A stretch of DNA of 63,606 bases, filler included, from Candidatus Aminicenantales bacterium (GTDB lineage Bacteria; Acidobacteriota; Aminicenantia; Aminicenantales; Saccharicenantaceae): assembly GCA_049512315.1 (NCBI GenBank). It is 3 parts of 3 records of this genome, joined end to end, with 100 filler letters (N's around TTAATTAATTAA, not from the genome) between each part and the next. Parts side by side here need not be neighbours in the genome. Positions count along the whole stretch, not along the records: positions 1 to 23,577 come from JBEKXF010000037.1; positions 23,678 to 46,944 come from JBEKXF010000038.1; 1 more part is not named here. One strand, written 5' to 3'. The translations under genes were made by a program, and so were the position numbers. Shown piece after piece: positions 19,093 through 28,089 of the stretch (position 1 is the first letter of the stretch; each line of letters starts with the position of its first letter). The notes below the pieces were generated by a model. That model saw only the letters and a list, made by a program, of their open reading frames with translations, made no database searches and was not told where the DNA came from.

Positions 19093-20922
19093 TTATCGCC
19101 CGACGAGCTCTCTGACGGCCCGGACAATGCTCCCGGCGCTGATGCCGTACTTCTCCAGGAGCTCTTCCGGCTTTCCCGACCGGGGAAGCTCGCGGATGCA
19201 GAGATGCTTCAGGACGGCTTTCCCGGCCAGGGCCGCGGCCACCGCTTCGCCCAGCCCTCCCCCCGCGTAATGGTCCTCGACGACGACGGCCCGGCCGCCC
19301 GTTTCGGCGACCTCCCGGCCGATCGTGCCCGAGTCCAGCGGTTCGACAGAGTAGGCGTCGATGACCCGGACCCCGAGGCCCTCTTTCATGAGCTCCGCGT
19401 GGGCCTTCAGGGCCTCGTGGACCGTGATGCCGGCGGCGATGACCGTCACAGCGTCCTTCTCCCCCTTTTTCAGGACCTTCGACCCCCCGACGGGAAAGGG
19501 CTCGGCCGCCGCGTAAAGCAATGGCGTGGCCGGCCTCGTCGTCCGGATATAGGCCAAGCCCCGGTGGGCGGCCATGGCCGCCACGCACGCTTCGGCGGAT
19601 ACGGCGTCGCTCGGGTAGAGGACGAGGCAGCCGGGGACCGACCTGAACATCGCCAGGTCCTCGAGCCCCATCTGCGACGGGCCGTCCTCGCCGATGCTCA
19701 CGCCGACGTGCGACCCGCAGAGCTTGATGTTGGACAGCGAGTAGGCGGACATCCGGACCTGGTCGTGGGCCCGGGTCAGGAAGGCCGCGAAGGTGGCGAT
19801 GAACGGGACGTAGCCTTTGGCCGCCAGCCCGATGCCCATGCCGACCATGTTCTGCTCGGCGATATAGCCCTCGAAGGCCCTCTCCGGATAGGCCTCGAAG
19901 AACTTGTCCGCATAGGTCGAGTTCTTGACGTCGCCGTCCACGGCCACAACGGACCGGTTGACCCTTCCCAGGGCGAGGAGCGCGTTCCCATAAGCCAGCC
20001 GGGTGGCCGTCTTGTCCTTGTACGGCGTCCGGGGGAAATCGAAAACCGGCACGGTCTTCGACTTCCGGAAGGGCTTCGGCCGGCGGATAAACTTGGGGGC
20101 ATCGACATCCGGCAGGCAGCCGATCTCGCCCATAGCTCTGGCCAACTCGTCGCTCTTGAGGGGCTTGCCGTGCCAGCCGTTCCGGTCCTCGATGAAGGAA
20201 ACTCCCTTGCCCTTAATCGTCTTGGCCAGGATCGCCGTAGGCTTGCCCTGTTTGCCGATCTTCCTGAACGCCTCGAGGATCTTGTCGATCTTGTGGCCGT
20301 CGACCGTCAGGACATCCCAACCGAAGGCCCGGAATTTCCGGGCATAGGCCCGGAGGTCGTGCTGGTGCATGGTCGGGTCGGATTGGCCCAGCCGGTTGAC
20401 GTCGACGACAGCGCAGAGGCCCTTGAGCCCGGCGTGGGCCGCGAAGCCCGCCGCCTCCCACACCTGCCCCTCGGCGCACTCCCCGTCCCCCATCAGGACG
20501 AAGGTCCGGGCCGGGGAACCGTCGAGCCGCTGCCCGAGAGCGATGCCGGCGCCGACCGAGAGGCCCTGGCCCAGGGAACCGGTGGCCGCCTTGATCCAGG
20601 GCATGCGCGGCGTGGGATGGCCTTCGAGGTCGCTCGTGATCTTCCGCAGGTCCATCAGGCTCTCCATCGGGATGATTCCGGCCTCGGCGTAGACCGCCCA
20701 GAGGAGAGGCGCGGCGTGGCCTTTGGAAAGGACAAACTCGTCGTTGGCCGGGTCGACCGGGTTTTCCGGATTGAAACGCATTTCGCTGAAGAAGAGGCAG
20801 GCGACGAGGTCGGCCGCGGAAAGGCAGGTCGTCGGATGGCCTGAACCGGCCACCGTCGTCATCTGCAAGGAATGGATGCGCAGGCGGGTCGCGATTTTCC
20901 TGAGGTCGTCCTTCTTCGCCAT
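19093..20922 (-). CDS. tkt: Transketolase
   Basis: GSGHPT, LSKGHAAP, GSLGQG, GDGE, IAEQNM, GEDGPSQ. Confidence 0.95.
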   Translation of the reverse strand: MAKKDDLRKIATRLRIHSLQMTTVAGSGHPTTCLSAADLVACLFFSEMRFNPENPVDPANDEFVLSKGHAAPLLWAVYAEAGIIPMESLMDLRKITSDLEGHPTPRMPWIKAATGSLGQGLSVGAGIALGQRLDGSPARTFVLMGDGECAEGQVWEAAGFAAHAGLKGLCAVVDVNRLGQSDPTMHQHDLRAYARKFRAFGWDVLTVDGHKIDKILEAFRKIGKQGKPTAILAKTIKGKGVSFIEDRNGWHGKPLKSDELARAMGEIGCLPDVDAPKFIRRPKPFRKSKTVPVFDFPRTPYKDKTATRLAYGNALLALGRVNRSVVAVDGDVKNSTYADKFFEAYPERAFEGYIAEQNMVGMGIGLAAKGYVPFIATFAAFLTRAHDQVRMSAYSLSNIKLCGSHVGVSIGEDGPSQMGLEDLAMFRSVPGCLVLYPSDAVSAEACVAAMAAHRGLAYIRTTRPATPLLYAAAEPFPVGGSKVLKKGEKDAVTVIAAGITVHEALKAHAELMKEGLGVRVIDAYSVEPLDSGTIGREVAETGGRAVVVEDHYAGGGLGEAVAAALAGKAVLKHLCIRELPRSGKPEELLEKYGISAGSIVRAVRELVGR

Positions 20923-21086
20923 CGGTTCACGCTCCTTGGGGGACAGGGCTCATGTCGTGTCCGGAGATCCTTTCTTCCTGGGGCACGCTGTTTTGGCCAT
21001 GCCAGCCTGATTCCGGAGGCCAATCATACCACTATCAATTCATCGCTGGAAGATGTTCGCGGAGACTAAAAAGAGGCTGGGCCGCA

Positions 21087-22118
21087 TCACAGGATCGGCC
21101 ATGACCGCGGCAGGAAGAGCTGCTCGTAGAGGGCCATGGCGTAGCGGTCCGTCATGCCGGCGACGAAATCCCCGGCCCGGACGATGAGCGGGTCGCCCGC
21201 CGGATAATCCTTGACGTACCCTTCCGGGTGATCGGTCACGTAGGCGAAAAGGTCACGGATGATCTTCTCAGTCTTCCGGAGCTCCTCCCGGGCGGTCGAG
21301 TTATAGTAGACTCGCTGGTAGAGGAACTCGCGGAGCTCGAGGACGGCCTTCATGATCCGTTCGCTCATGGCGATCCGGTCGAGCCCCGTCGCCAGGCTGG
21401 CCTCGACGACGTCCATGACCATCCGGTCGATCCGCGTCGCCGGCCACTTGCCCAGGATCCGGATGAGGTTCGGCGGGATGTCCTCCTCCCGGATGATCCC
21501 GGCCCGGAGGGCGTCGTCGATGTCGTGGTTGACGTAGGCGATGACGTCCGAGACCCGGACGATCTGGCCCTCCAGCGTCGAGGGCATGTCCTCGGGGTCG
21601 GCGTCGAAGATCTCCCCCCGGCCCTTGGAGTGTTTGACGATGCCGTCCCGGACCTCGAAGGTCAGGTTGAGGCCCTTGCCTTCGTACTCGAGCTTCTCGA
21701 CGACGCGGAGGCTCTGGTCGGCGTGGTGGAAACCGCCCGGCAGGAGCTTCCCGAGTGTGTCCTCGCCGGCGTGGCCGAACGGCGTGTGGCCCAGGTCGTG
21801 GCCGAGGGCGATGGCCTCGGTCAGGTCCTCGTTGAGGCGGAGGGCCTTGGCAATCGTCCGGGCGATCTGGGAGACCTCGAGGCAGTGGGTCAGCCGGGTC
21901 CGATAGTGGTCGCCGAACGGCGAGAGAAAGACCTGGGTCTTATGCTTGAGGCGCCGGAAGGATTTGGAGTGGATGATCCGGTCGCGATCCCGCTGGAAAT
22001 CCGTCCGGAGGACGTGCTGGGCTTCCGGGCGGACGCGGCCTTTGGATTCCGAGCTCAGGCAGGCCCGCGGCGAGAGGATCTTCTGCTCGGTTTTTTCGAG
22101 TTCCTCGCGGATCGTCAA
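21087..22118 (-). CDS. dgt: Deoxyguanosinetriphosphate triphosphohydrolase (HD)
   Basis: FQRDRDRIIHS, KTQVF, RTRLTH, HDLGHTPFGH, IAYVNHD. Confidence 0.93.
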   Translation of the reverse strand: MTIREELEKTEQKILSPRACLSSESKGRVRPEAQHVLRTDFQRDRDRIIHSKSFRRLKHKTQVFLSPFGDHYRTRLTHCLEVSQIARTIAKALRLNEDLTEAIALGHDLGHTPFGHAGEDTLGKLLPGGFHHADQSLRVVEKLEYEGKGLNLTFEVRDGIVKHSKGRGEIFDADPEDMPSTLEGQIVRVSDVIAYVNHDIDDALRAGIIREEDIPPNLIRILGKWPATRIDRMVMDVVEASLATGLDRIAMSERIMKAVLELREFLYQRVYYNSTAREELRKTEKIIRDLFAYVTDHPEGYVKDYPAGDPLIVRAGDFVAGMTDRYAMALYEQLFLPRSWPIL

Positions 22119-22230
22119 TCCAGCCCTCCTTGAACGCCCCCATTATAACAAAAAACCCCGAGCAGTTGGCAAAGATGAGGCCGCTCGGGATATTTCCGGG
22201 GCCCGTTCGGGTATGATAGAATTACGGCAG

Positions 22231-22884
22231 ATGATCGCCGACAACGTTCGTTGCATTCTGGCCGAGCTTCCGCCCGGCGTCGAACTCGTCGCCGCCGCCA
22301 AGACCCGGACTCCCGCCGAAATCCTGGAGGCCGTCGAGGCCGGAGTCAAGATCATCGGCGAGAATTATGTCCAGGAGGGCGCTGACGCGTTCCAGGCCGT
22401 CGGGCACAGGGCCCGCTGGCACTTCATCGGCCATCTCCAGAGGAACAAGGTCAAGAAAGCCGTCGAGGTCTTCGACCTCATCGAAACCGTGGATTCCGTC
22501 GACTTGGCCCGGGAGATCGGCAAGCGCTCGGCTGCGATCGGTAAAACCATGCCCGTCCTGATCGAGGTCAACAGCGGCCGCGAGCCCCAGAAATTCGGTG
22601 TCCTCCCTGAGGACGTGGAGAAGCTTGCCCGGGAGATCTCGGCTCTTGCGGACGTCACGGTGGCGGGGCTCATGACCATGGGGCCGTTCGAGGGAAACCC
22701 CGAGGATTCCCGGCCTTATTTCAAGGAAACGAAAAAAGTTTGGGACGCGCTCCGGGCTCTCTCCATCCCCGGCGTCGAAATGCGTCACCTGTCCATGGGC
22801 ATGACGAATTCCTACCGCGTTGCGATCGGGGAAGGCGCCAACATGGTCCGGATCGGGACCGCGATCTTCGGCCCGCGGACCTGA
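22231..22884 (+). CDS. yggS: PLP homeostasis protein YggS
   Basis: GENYVQE, WHFIGHLQRNK, GLMTM, LSMGM, VRIGTAIFG. Confidence 0.95.
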   Translation: MIADNVRCILAELPPGVELVAAAKTRTPAEILEAVEAGVKIIGENYVQEGADAFQAVGHRARWHFIGHLQRNKVKKAVEVFDLIETVDSVDLAREIGKRSAAIGKTMPVLIEVNSGREPQKFGVLPEDVEKLAREISALADVTVAGLMTMGPFEGNPEDSRPYFKETKKVWDALRALSIPGVEMRHLSMGMTNSYRVAIGEGANMVRIGTAIFGPRT

Positions 22885-22900
22885 AGCCCCGAAAGGCGCC

Positions 22901-23577
22901 CTACTTCGTCCCCTCTTTCTCCTCGGCCTCGTCAAGCGCCAGGACTTCGGCCTCGCCGATGGCCAGCTCGGGCTCAATCCCTTTCAAGCGCCGCAAGTCC
23001 TCGATCTTCTGGAGAGGCCTCTCGAGCTTGTTGCGGCGGGTCGTAGACAGTTTCTGGAATTCGTCCCTGGCGTCTTCGATCTTCCGGCCCATCTTGTCCA
23101 TGGACTCCCGGAATTTCTCCCACTCCTTGTTGAACCCGCCGATGAGCCGGAGCATGTCGTTGGCCGCCCTGGCGGTGCTGAAATTGTCCATCGCCTGGCG
23201 GATGACGGCCAGGATGGCGAACAGTGTGAACGGGGAGCAGAGGATGACCTTGCTCCTGAGGGCCTCGTCGATGATGACGGGGTCGTTCTGGTTGATGAAG
23301 GCGTACACCTGCTCGTTCGGGATGAAGACGAGGACGTAGTCCAGGGTCTCGTCCTCGGGATTGATGTAGTCGCGGGTCGTGACCTCTTTGATCCGGTTTC
23401 GGACGTCCCTCAGGAACTGGCCCTTCTGGACCTCCCGTTCCATGTCGTTTTCGGTCTCAAGGTAGCGGAGGTAGCTGTTCATGGGGAACTTGACGTCCAT
23501 GTTGACCTTCCGTCCCTGGGGAAGCTGGAAGGTGTAGTCGGGCCGTGACCCCGCCCCCTCGAGGGCCTTCTGTTTGA
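22901..23577 (-). CDS. rmuC: DNA recombination protein RmuC (5' end lost in the gap)
   Basis: RPD...DVKFP, DYVLVFIPNE, ILCSPFTL, C-terminal coiled coil. Confidence 0.88.
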
Positions 23578-23677
23578 NNNNNNNNNNNNNNNNNNNNNNN
23601 NNNNNNNNNNNNNNNNNNNNNTTAATTAATTAANNNNNNNNNNNNNNNNNNNNNNNNNNNNNNNNNNNNNNNNNNNN
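23578..23677. other. Assembly gap with TTAATTAATTAA spacer
   Basis: N runs flanking a stop-codon linker. Confidence 0.98.
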
Positions 23678-23704
23678 GCACGTTCCCCCAAACGGTCGCC
23701 AAAA
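23678..23704 (+). repeat. REP/MITE-like repeat arm, copy 1
   Basis: GCACGTTCCCCCAAACGGTCGCCAAAA, 24/27 identical to 25471-25497. Confidence 0.7.
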
Positions 23705-23815
23705 GCAATCCCGTCAAGAACAGGGCGATGATTCCAACCTGGAATATCTTATTCCTTAAACCCTGCTTTCTGTCGTCTACCATAATTCCCGGGCTTATGT
23801 AAGGGGAAATTTCCC

Positions 23816-23844
23816 TTGACACGCGGGCTTCCGCAATTTATGAT
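23816..23844 (+). promoter_or_regulatory. Sigma70 promoter for the trp leader / trpB2
   Basis: TTGACA-N17-TATGAT. Confidence 0.8.
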
Positions 23845-23851
23845 CTGGCCC

Positions 23852-23935
23852 ATGTTCGAAGACGCGCTCGTTTTTATCCATACTGCCCGCAAGTGCGCGT
23901 TTGTCCTTCTTCCCTGGATCTGGTGGGCGGCCTAG
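23852..23935 (+). CDS. Putative Trp leader peptide (27 aa, W-I-W-W)
   Basis: MFEDALVFIHTARKCAFVLLPWIWWAA*, upstream of trpB2, starting at the predicted TSS. Confidence 0.7.
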   Translation: MFEDALVFIHTARKCAFVLLPWIWWAA

Positions 23936-24094
23936 CCCGCCCTATAGGTCTGCCCCCGTCTATTCCCCTTGATAAGGAGACGTGTGTCCGGAGTGACATG
24001 ACTTCGGGCGCCCGTCCCGATTGTGAGAGAAACGACAATCCCCGGACACGCTCACGCCGTGCCGAAGGGAGCAGGAGAATAAGGAGAAACGCTC

Positions 24095-25393
24095 ATGCGA
24101 TACGCATCTCGGAACCCCGAATATCTTCCGCAAGCATATTACAATATCAAGGCCGACTTGCCGGAGCCGCCCAAGCCGCCGCTCCACCCAGGCACACATG
24201 AACCGCTTAAACCCGAGGACCTGGAAATGATCTTTCCCAAGGGCCTCATCCGCCAGGAAATCTCTTCAGACCGCGAGGTGCCAATCCCCCCCGATGTCCT
24301 CGAGGCGTACTCTGCCTTCCGGCCGACGCCGCTCGTCTATGCCTCGGCCCTCAGGAAGCATCTTGGAACGCCGGCCCACATATTCTATAAGTACGAGGGT
24401 GTCGGCCCCGTCGGCAGCCACAAGACCAACACGGCGCTCATGCAGGCTTATCTGGCCGCCCAAGAGGGCATCACGGCGCTGGCTACGGAAACAGGCGCCG
24501 GCCAGTGGGGCTCCGCTCTCGCCTATGCCGGCTCCCGGCTCGGCATAGAGACGCGGATTTTCATGGTCAGGTCGAGCTTCCGTCAGAAACCCGGCCGCCG
24601 AATTCTTATGGAACTTTTCGGGGGCACCGTTCTCGAAAGTCCCAGCGACACGACCGATGCCGGCCGTTCTTTCTACGCCAAAGACAATAATCACCCCGGC
24701 AGTCTCGGGATCGCCATCTCCGAGGCCGTCGAGTTCGTAGTCAAGAACCCGCGGGCCAAGTATGCGCTGGGGTCAGTCCTCGACAGCGTTCTCATGCACC
24801 AGACCGTGATCGGCCTCGAGGCTGAAAAACAGATGGCCGAGTTCGGAATGGTGCCGGACATGGTCATCGGCTGCGTCGGCGGCGGCTCGAATTTCGCCGG
24901 CCTGGCCTTTCCGTTTGTCCGGAGGAACCTCCAGGAGGGAAGGAAGGCACGCTTCATCGCCGTCGAGCCGGATGCCTGCCCTTCGTTAACGAAAGGCGAG
25001 CTTCGCTACGATTTCGGCGACAGCGTCGGCATGACTCCCCTTCTTTACATGTACACTCTGGGGAAGGAGTTCGTGCCGCCTCCGCTCCACGCGGGAGGTC
25101 TCCGCTATCACGGCATGGCGCCGCTTGTGAGTCACCTGGCCAAACTGAAAATCGTCGAGCCCCGGGCAGTCGATCAGAAATCCGTCTTCGAGGCGGCAAC
25201 GCTCTTCATGCGGACCGAGGGCATCCTCCCGGCGCCGGAGTCGTCCCACGCGATCGCGACGGCGATCCAGGAGGCGCTGAAAGCCAAACAGGAAGGCCGC
25301 AAGACGGTCATCCTCTTCAACCTCTCCGGGCACGGGTTCCTGGACATCACGGCTTTCGGCAAGAATGGAAACGGCTGCGAGCAGAGTCAGTAG
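24095..25393 (+). CDS. trpB2: Tryptophan synthase beta chain, TrpB2 type
   Basis: YKYEG...GSHKTN (PLP Lys), TETGAGQWG, GCVGGGSN, GGLRYHG, PAPES, NLSGHG. Confidence 0.95.
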   Translation: MRYASRNPEYLPQAYYNIKADLPEPPKPPLHPGTHEPLKPEDLEMIFPKGLIRQEISSDREVPIPPDVLEAYSAFRPTPLVYASALRKHLGTPAHIFYKYEGVGPVGSHKTNTALMQAYLAAQEGITALATETGAGQWGSALAYAGSRLGIETRIFMVRSSFRQKPGRRILMELFGGTVLESPSDTTDAGRSFYAKDNNHPGSLGIAISEAVEFVVKNPRAKYALGSVLDSVLMHQTVIGLEAEKQMAEFGMVPDMVIGCVGGGSNFAGLAFPFVRRNLQEGRKARFIAVEPDACPSLTKGELRYDFGDSVGMTPLLYMYTLGKEFVPPPLHAGGLRYHGMAPLVSHLAKLKIVEPRAVDQKSVFEAATLFMRTEGILPAPESSHAIATAIQEALKAKQEGRKTVILFNLSGHGFLDITAFGKNGNGCEQSQ

Positions 25394-25470
25394 TCCCCGA
25401 AAGGTCGCCTGGGCCCCATTGGGGAAGGACGTGTCAGGTACTTTATGGAAGCCCCTTTTTTTGCATTTAA

Positions 25471-25497
25471 GTACGTTAACCCAAACGGTCGCCAAAA
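25471..25497 (+). repeat. REP/MITE-like repeat arm, copy 2
   Basis: GTACGTTAACCCAAACGGTCGCCAAAA; degenerate complementary arm at ~25419-25446. Confidence 0.65.
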
Positions 25498-25690
25498 CAG
25501 ATCATCAGCTGGGAGTATAGCATAGCCCAGTGACTGATTCGTTTTGCCGATTCAAGGAGGTTTACACGGTTTTCCTTACAGTCCCGATAACCGGCTCAGA
25601 AACTCGCCATGGGAGTATTACGAACTTATCAGTTCCGAGCATTTTAAGCAGATTGGTGGTCTAATTCTGAAAGATCATCCTCGTATTATA

Positions 25691-27097
25691 TTAGCCCCAG
25701 GTATTTTCTTGGGGCTTAAGCTGTATCAATTCCTCACGGCTCGCAATCCGATCCGTGGCATTTGCCCTGATATAGACCCCATGATCTTTATAGTTATAAG
25801 GCGGATCATCTCCTTTCTGGATGCTTACGATTATCAATTTTTTCCCTAGGGCCTCCGCAGTTTTCATATGTATTTGAACTTGAGGTTCTATCCACTCTCG
25901 AATCAAATCGAGTATTCTCACTTTGTATCTTTTTATTTGCGCTGCGTCCAGTCCTTTCACATTGGCTTCATTATCAACACCCAAAATGATGCGTCCACCG
26001 CGCGTATTTGAAAAAGCACAGACGGATTCTATAAATTCTTTCCGATCATTTTCGTCAATACGTAACTTATATTCAACGAATTCATTCTCACCCTCTGCAA
26101 GCCAGTGCTCTATGTTGCCCTCATCATATTCGATATCCAAGGCCTTGTTATATATGTCTCCAAAATGGTAATTCCGGTAATCGAGCGGAATTGATTCGCC
26201 CTTTATGCTGAATATGACGATGTAGAATCTCTGCACCTTATCTTTTATAGGGATACGATTTTTTTTATGAAAATAGAGTTTTCCAGAATCAGCTGGCGAA
26301 TTCTCATATCTTATGAAATAGCTGGCGGCAATTTCTCTCTTAGGACATGAACCTCCCTCAACTTTGACAATGAACATATCTTTGGCGAATTTTACATTGT
26401 TTATCCTGGCCCAATATCGCGGAACGAAAAAAACAATTTGGCCTTCATTTAAATTACGCAACTCTGTGCCGAACCAGGATTCTAATGCCTCATAATAGTC
26501 GGGGAAGACCGGCAAATCTTTTTTGAACGGGAATGGCCTATCGGTCAATCGGCAACGCAATGAAACAAATTCGTTTTCGAATACGAGGTTAAAAATAAAA
26601 ACGTCAGTTGGCCAGTGCCTATAAAGGGATTTTGGATAACTCCGTTTTTCTTTAAGCAGCTCGCGTTCAAGTTCGCTTAGATTTACATACCCATGATACT
26701 CCTGAGCGATTTTGTTTTGATCTTCCTCTAAGGCACGGAAATAGCCCCGAGGCATCTTCAATGAATAAGACGAGAAATTGTATTCAAAAGCTTCGCCGAG
26801 TTTCTGCACGAGTTCAATGGTCTTTTCGATGCTTACATTATCTTCTACGAATAACAAATCCCCATAATCAAGATAATTGGGGCGGGTTGCTTTATCTCTG
26901 GTCGCAAGAAGACAAGCTTTGATGGGAGAGTAAAGACCACCGCAACGAGCGAAAACCCTTTCAAAACAAACCCAAAAAATGATCCAGATTTGATTGCTGA
27001 TAATAATTCCTCTTTCTTGTCCATGGTATAAATAAACCTTTCTCTTAATGTTACATACTATCCAGAATATTTTTTGAGCAAAGATGAAAAGGGTCAT
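25691..27097 (-). CDS. Protein with C-terminal Schlafen/AlbA_2 domain; N-terminus uncertain
   Basis: GENEFVEYK...ESVCAFSNTRGGRIILGVDNE...VYIRANATDRIASREEL. Confidence 0.85.
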   Translation of the reverse strand: MTLFIFAQKIFWIVCNIKRKVYLYHGQERGIIISNQIWIIFWVCFERVFARCGGLYSPIKACLLATRDKATRPNYLDYGDLLFVEDNVSIEKTIELVQKLGEAFEYNFSSYSLKMPRGYFRALEEDQNKIAQEYHGYVNLSELERELLKEKRSYPKSLYRHWPTDVFIFNLVFENEFVSLRCRLTDRPFPFKKDLPVFPDYYEALESWFGTELRNLNEGQIVFFVPRYWARINNVKFAKDMFIVKVEGGSCPKREIAASYFIRYENSPADSGKLYFHKKNRIPIKDKVQRFYIVIFSIKGESIPLDYRNYHFGDIYNKALDIEYDEGNIEHWLAEGENEFVEYKLRIDENDRKEFIESVCAFSNTRGGRIILGVDNEANVKGLDAAQIKRYKVRILDLIREWIEPQVQIHMKTAEALGKKLIIVSIQKGDDPPYNYKDHGVYIRANATDRIASREELIQLKPQENTWG

Positions 27098-28065
27098 TTC
27101 TTTGCAGGATTTTCTTCTTTTACAGTGAAGAATTTTTCGACATCCTCAGCCTTAGTCGGACGGATGTCAGCCTCGCCAATATTGGCGTTTCTCGAGCAAG
27201 CACGGAGAACACACTCGTTTTCCCATGCCCTGTCAAAATCTGCAAGATCCTCGGGCCAGAAAAATTGGAGTTTCTCGGGGTCTTGTCCATTAAGAATGAG
27301 TAGAGATGAAATTACATTGTTAATCGACATAGAAATGATTCGAATAAGGCTAACAAGGGAAGTCAAATTCCAGTTCTGCGAGTACTCCCGTACGCGATAG
27401 TCGAGCCCCTTTTTAATAATAGGCTCAAGGATAAGAGTTGTTGCTCCAAATTTGCTTCCGGCAATTCGTTGCATGCGTTCCGGAGGTGCTGGAACATCCG
27501 GTTTCTCTTGAAGGCCGATGGCCACACGAAAACCACCCGGCTGAATGCGCAGGCTGTGTTTTATACTATTGAATTCAGACCGGGATCCTGGATCTGAATA
27601 GTCAGAGGCGAGGTATTCCCAGAACTTCGCGAAGCTGGCTCTTATTTCGGCTTCTTTAGCTTTGTCAGGGAGCACAAGGTTACGATGGATTACCCTGGAT
27701 AAAGAATCCCACGTTAGCTGGCCTCGGAATCTTGTGCACAGCTTCTTTGTACCCTTAATCCCCTGGATTATGACCCTCAGGTCTTCCTGCTGATATCGAA
27801 AAAGCCAGCCGAAGACACAATCAGGGGCCTGTATGGTTGCCCCCAATAATGAAAAAAAAGTCTCTAGTGCGAGCCCGTAGGATGTTCGTAGAGCCATCGC
27901 AGCCTGATGGGCATGCTCAGAATCAAGTTCGGCAGAGTGAGTATTGGCCAAGTACTCGAAATAGTGCGTATCGAAACTTCTTAATAGCTGCAGGTTTTTC
28001 TTCCGAATTTCCAGATCCCAAACGGCACATGGCCGTTCGCCAATATAAAAAAGCGATCTCTCCAT
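27094..28065 (-). CDS. Hypothetical protein, possible HEPN-like nuclease
   Basis: 323 aa; helical ALETFFSLL and EFNSIKH motif. Confidence 0.75.
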   Translation of the reverse strand: MERSLFYIGERPCAVWDLEIRKKNLQLLRSFDTHYFEYLANTHSAELDSEHAHQAAMALRTSYGLALETFFSLLGATIQAPDCVFGWLFRYQQEDLRVIIQGIKGTKKLCTRFRGQLTWDSLSRVIHRNLVLPDKAKEAEIRASFAKFWEYLASDYSDPGSRSEFNSIKHSLRIQPGGFRVAIGLQEKPDVPAPPERMQRIAGSKFGATTLILEPIIKKGLDYRVREYSQNWNLTSLVSLIRIISMSINNVISSLLILNGQDPEKLQFFWPEDLADFDRAWENECVLRACSRNANIGEADIRPTKAEDVEKFFTVKEENPAKK

Positions 28066-28089
28066 TCTATTTCCCAGAGAAAACGCACA

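Noticed and set aside
23622..23633. TTAATTAATTAA palindrome (also 46989-47000)
   Set aside because: Artificial scaffold spacer within N runs; adjacency across the gaps is unproven
23678..25497. Integron cassette interpretation of the repeats flanking trpB2
   Set aside because: No proper RYYYAAC...GTTRRRY attC structure and no integron integrase
25400..25700. Duplicate of the tRNA-Leu 3' end marking the island's left att site
   Set aside because: No such repeat found by eye
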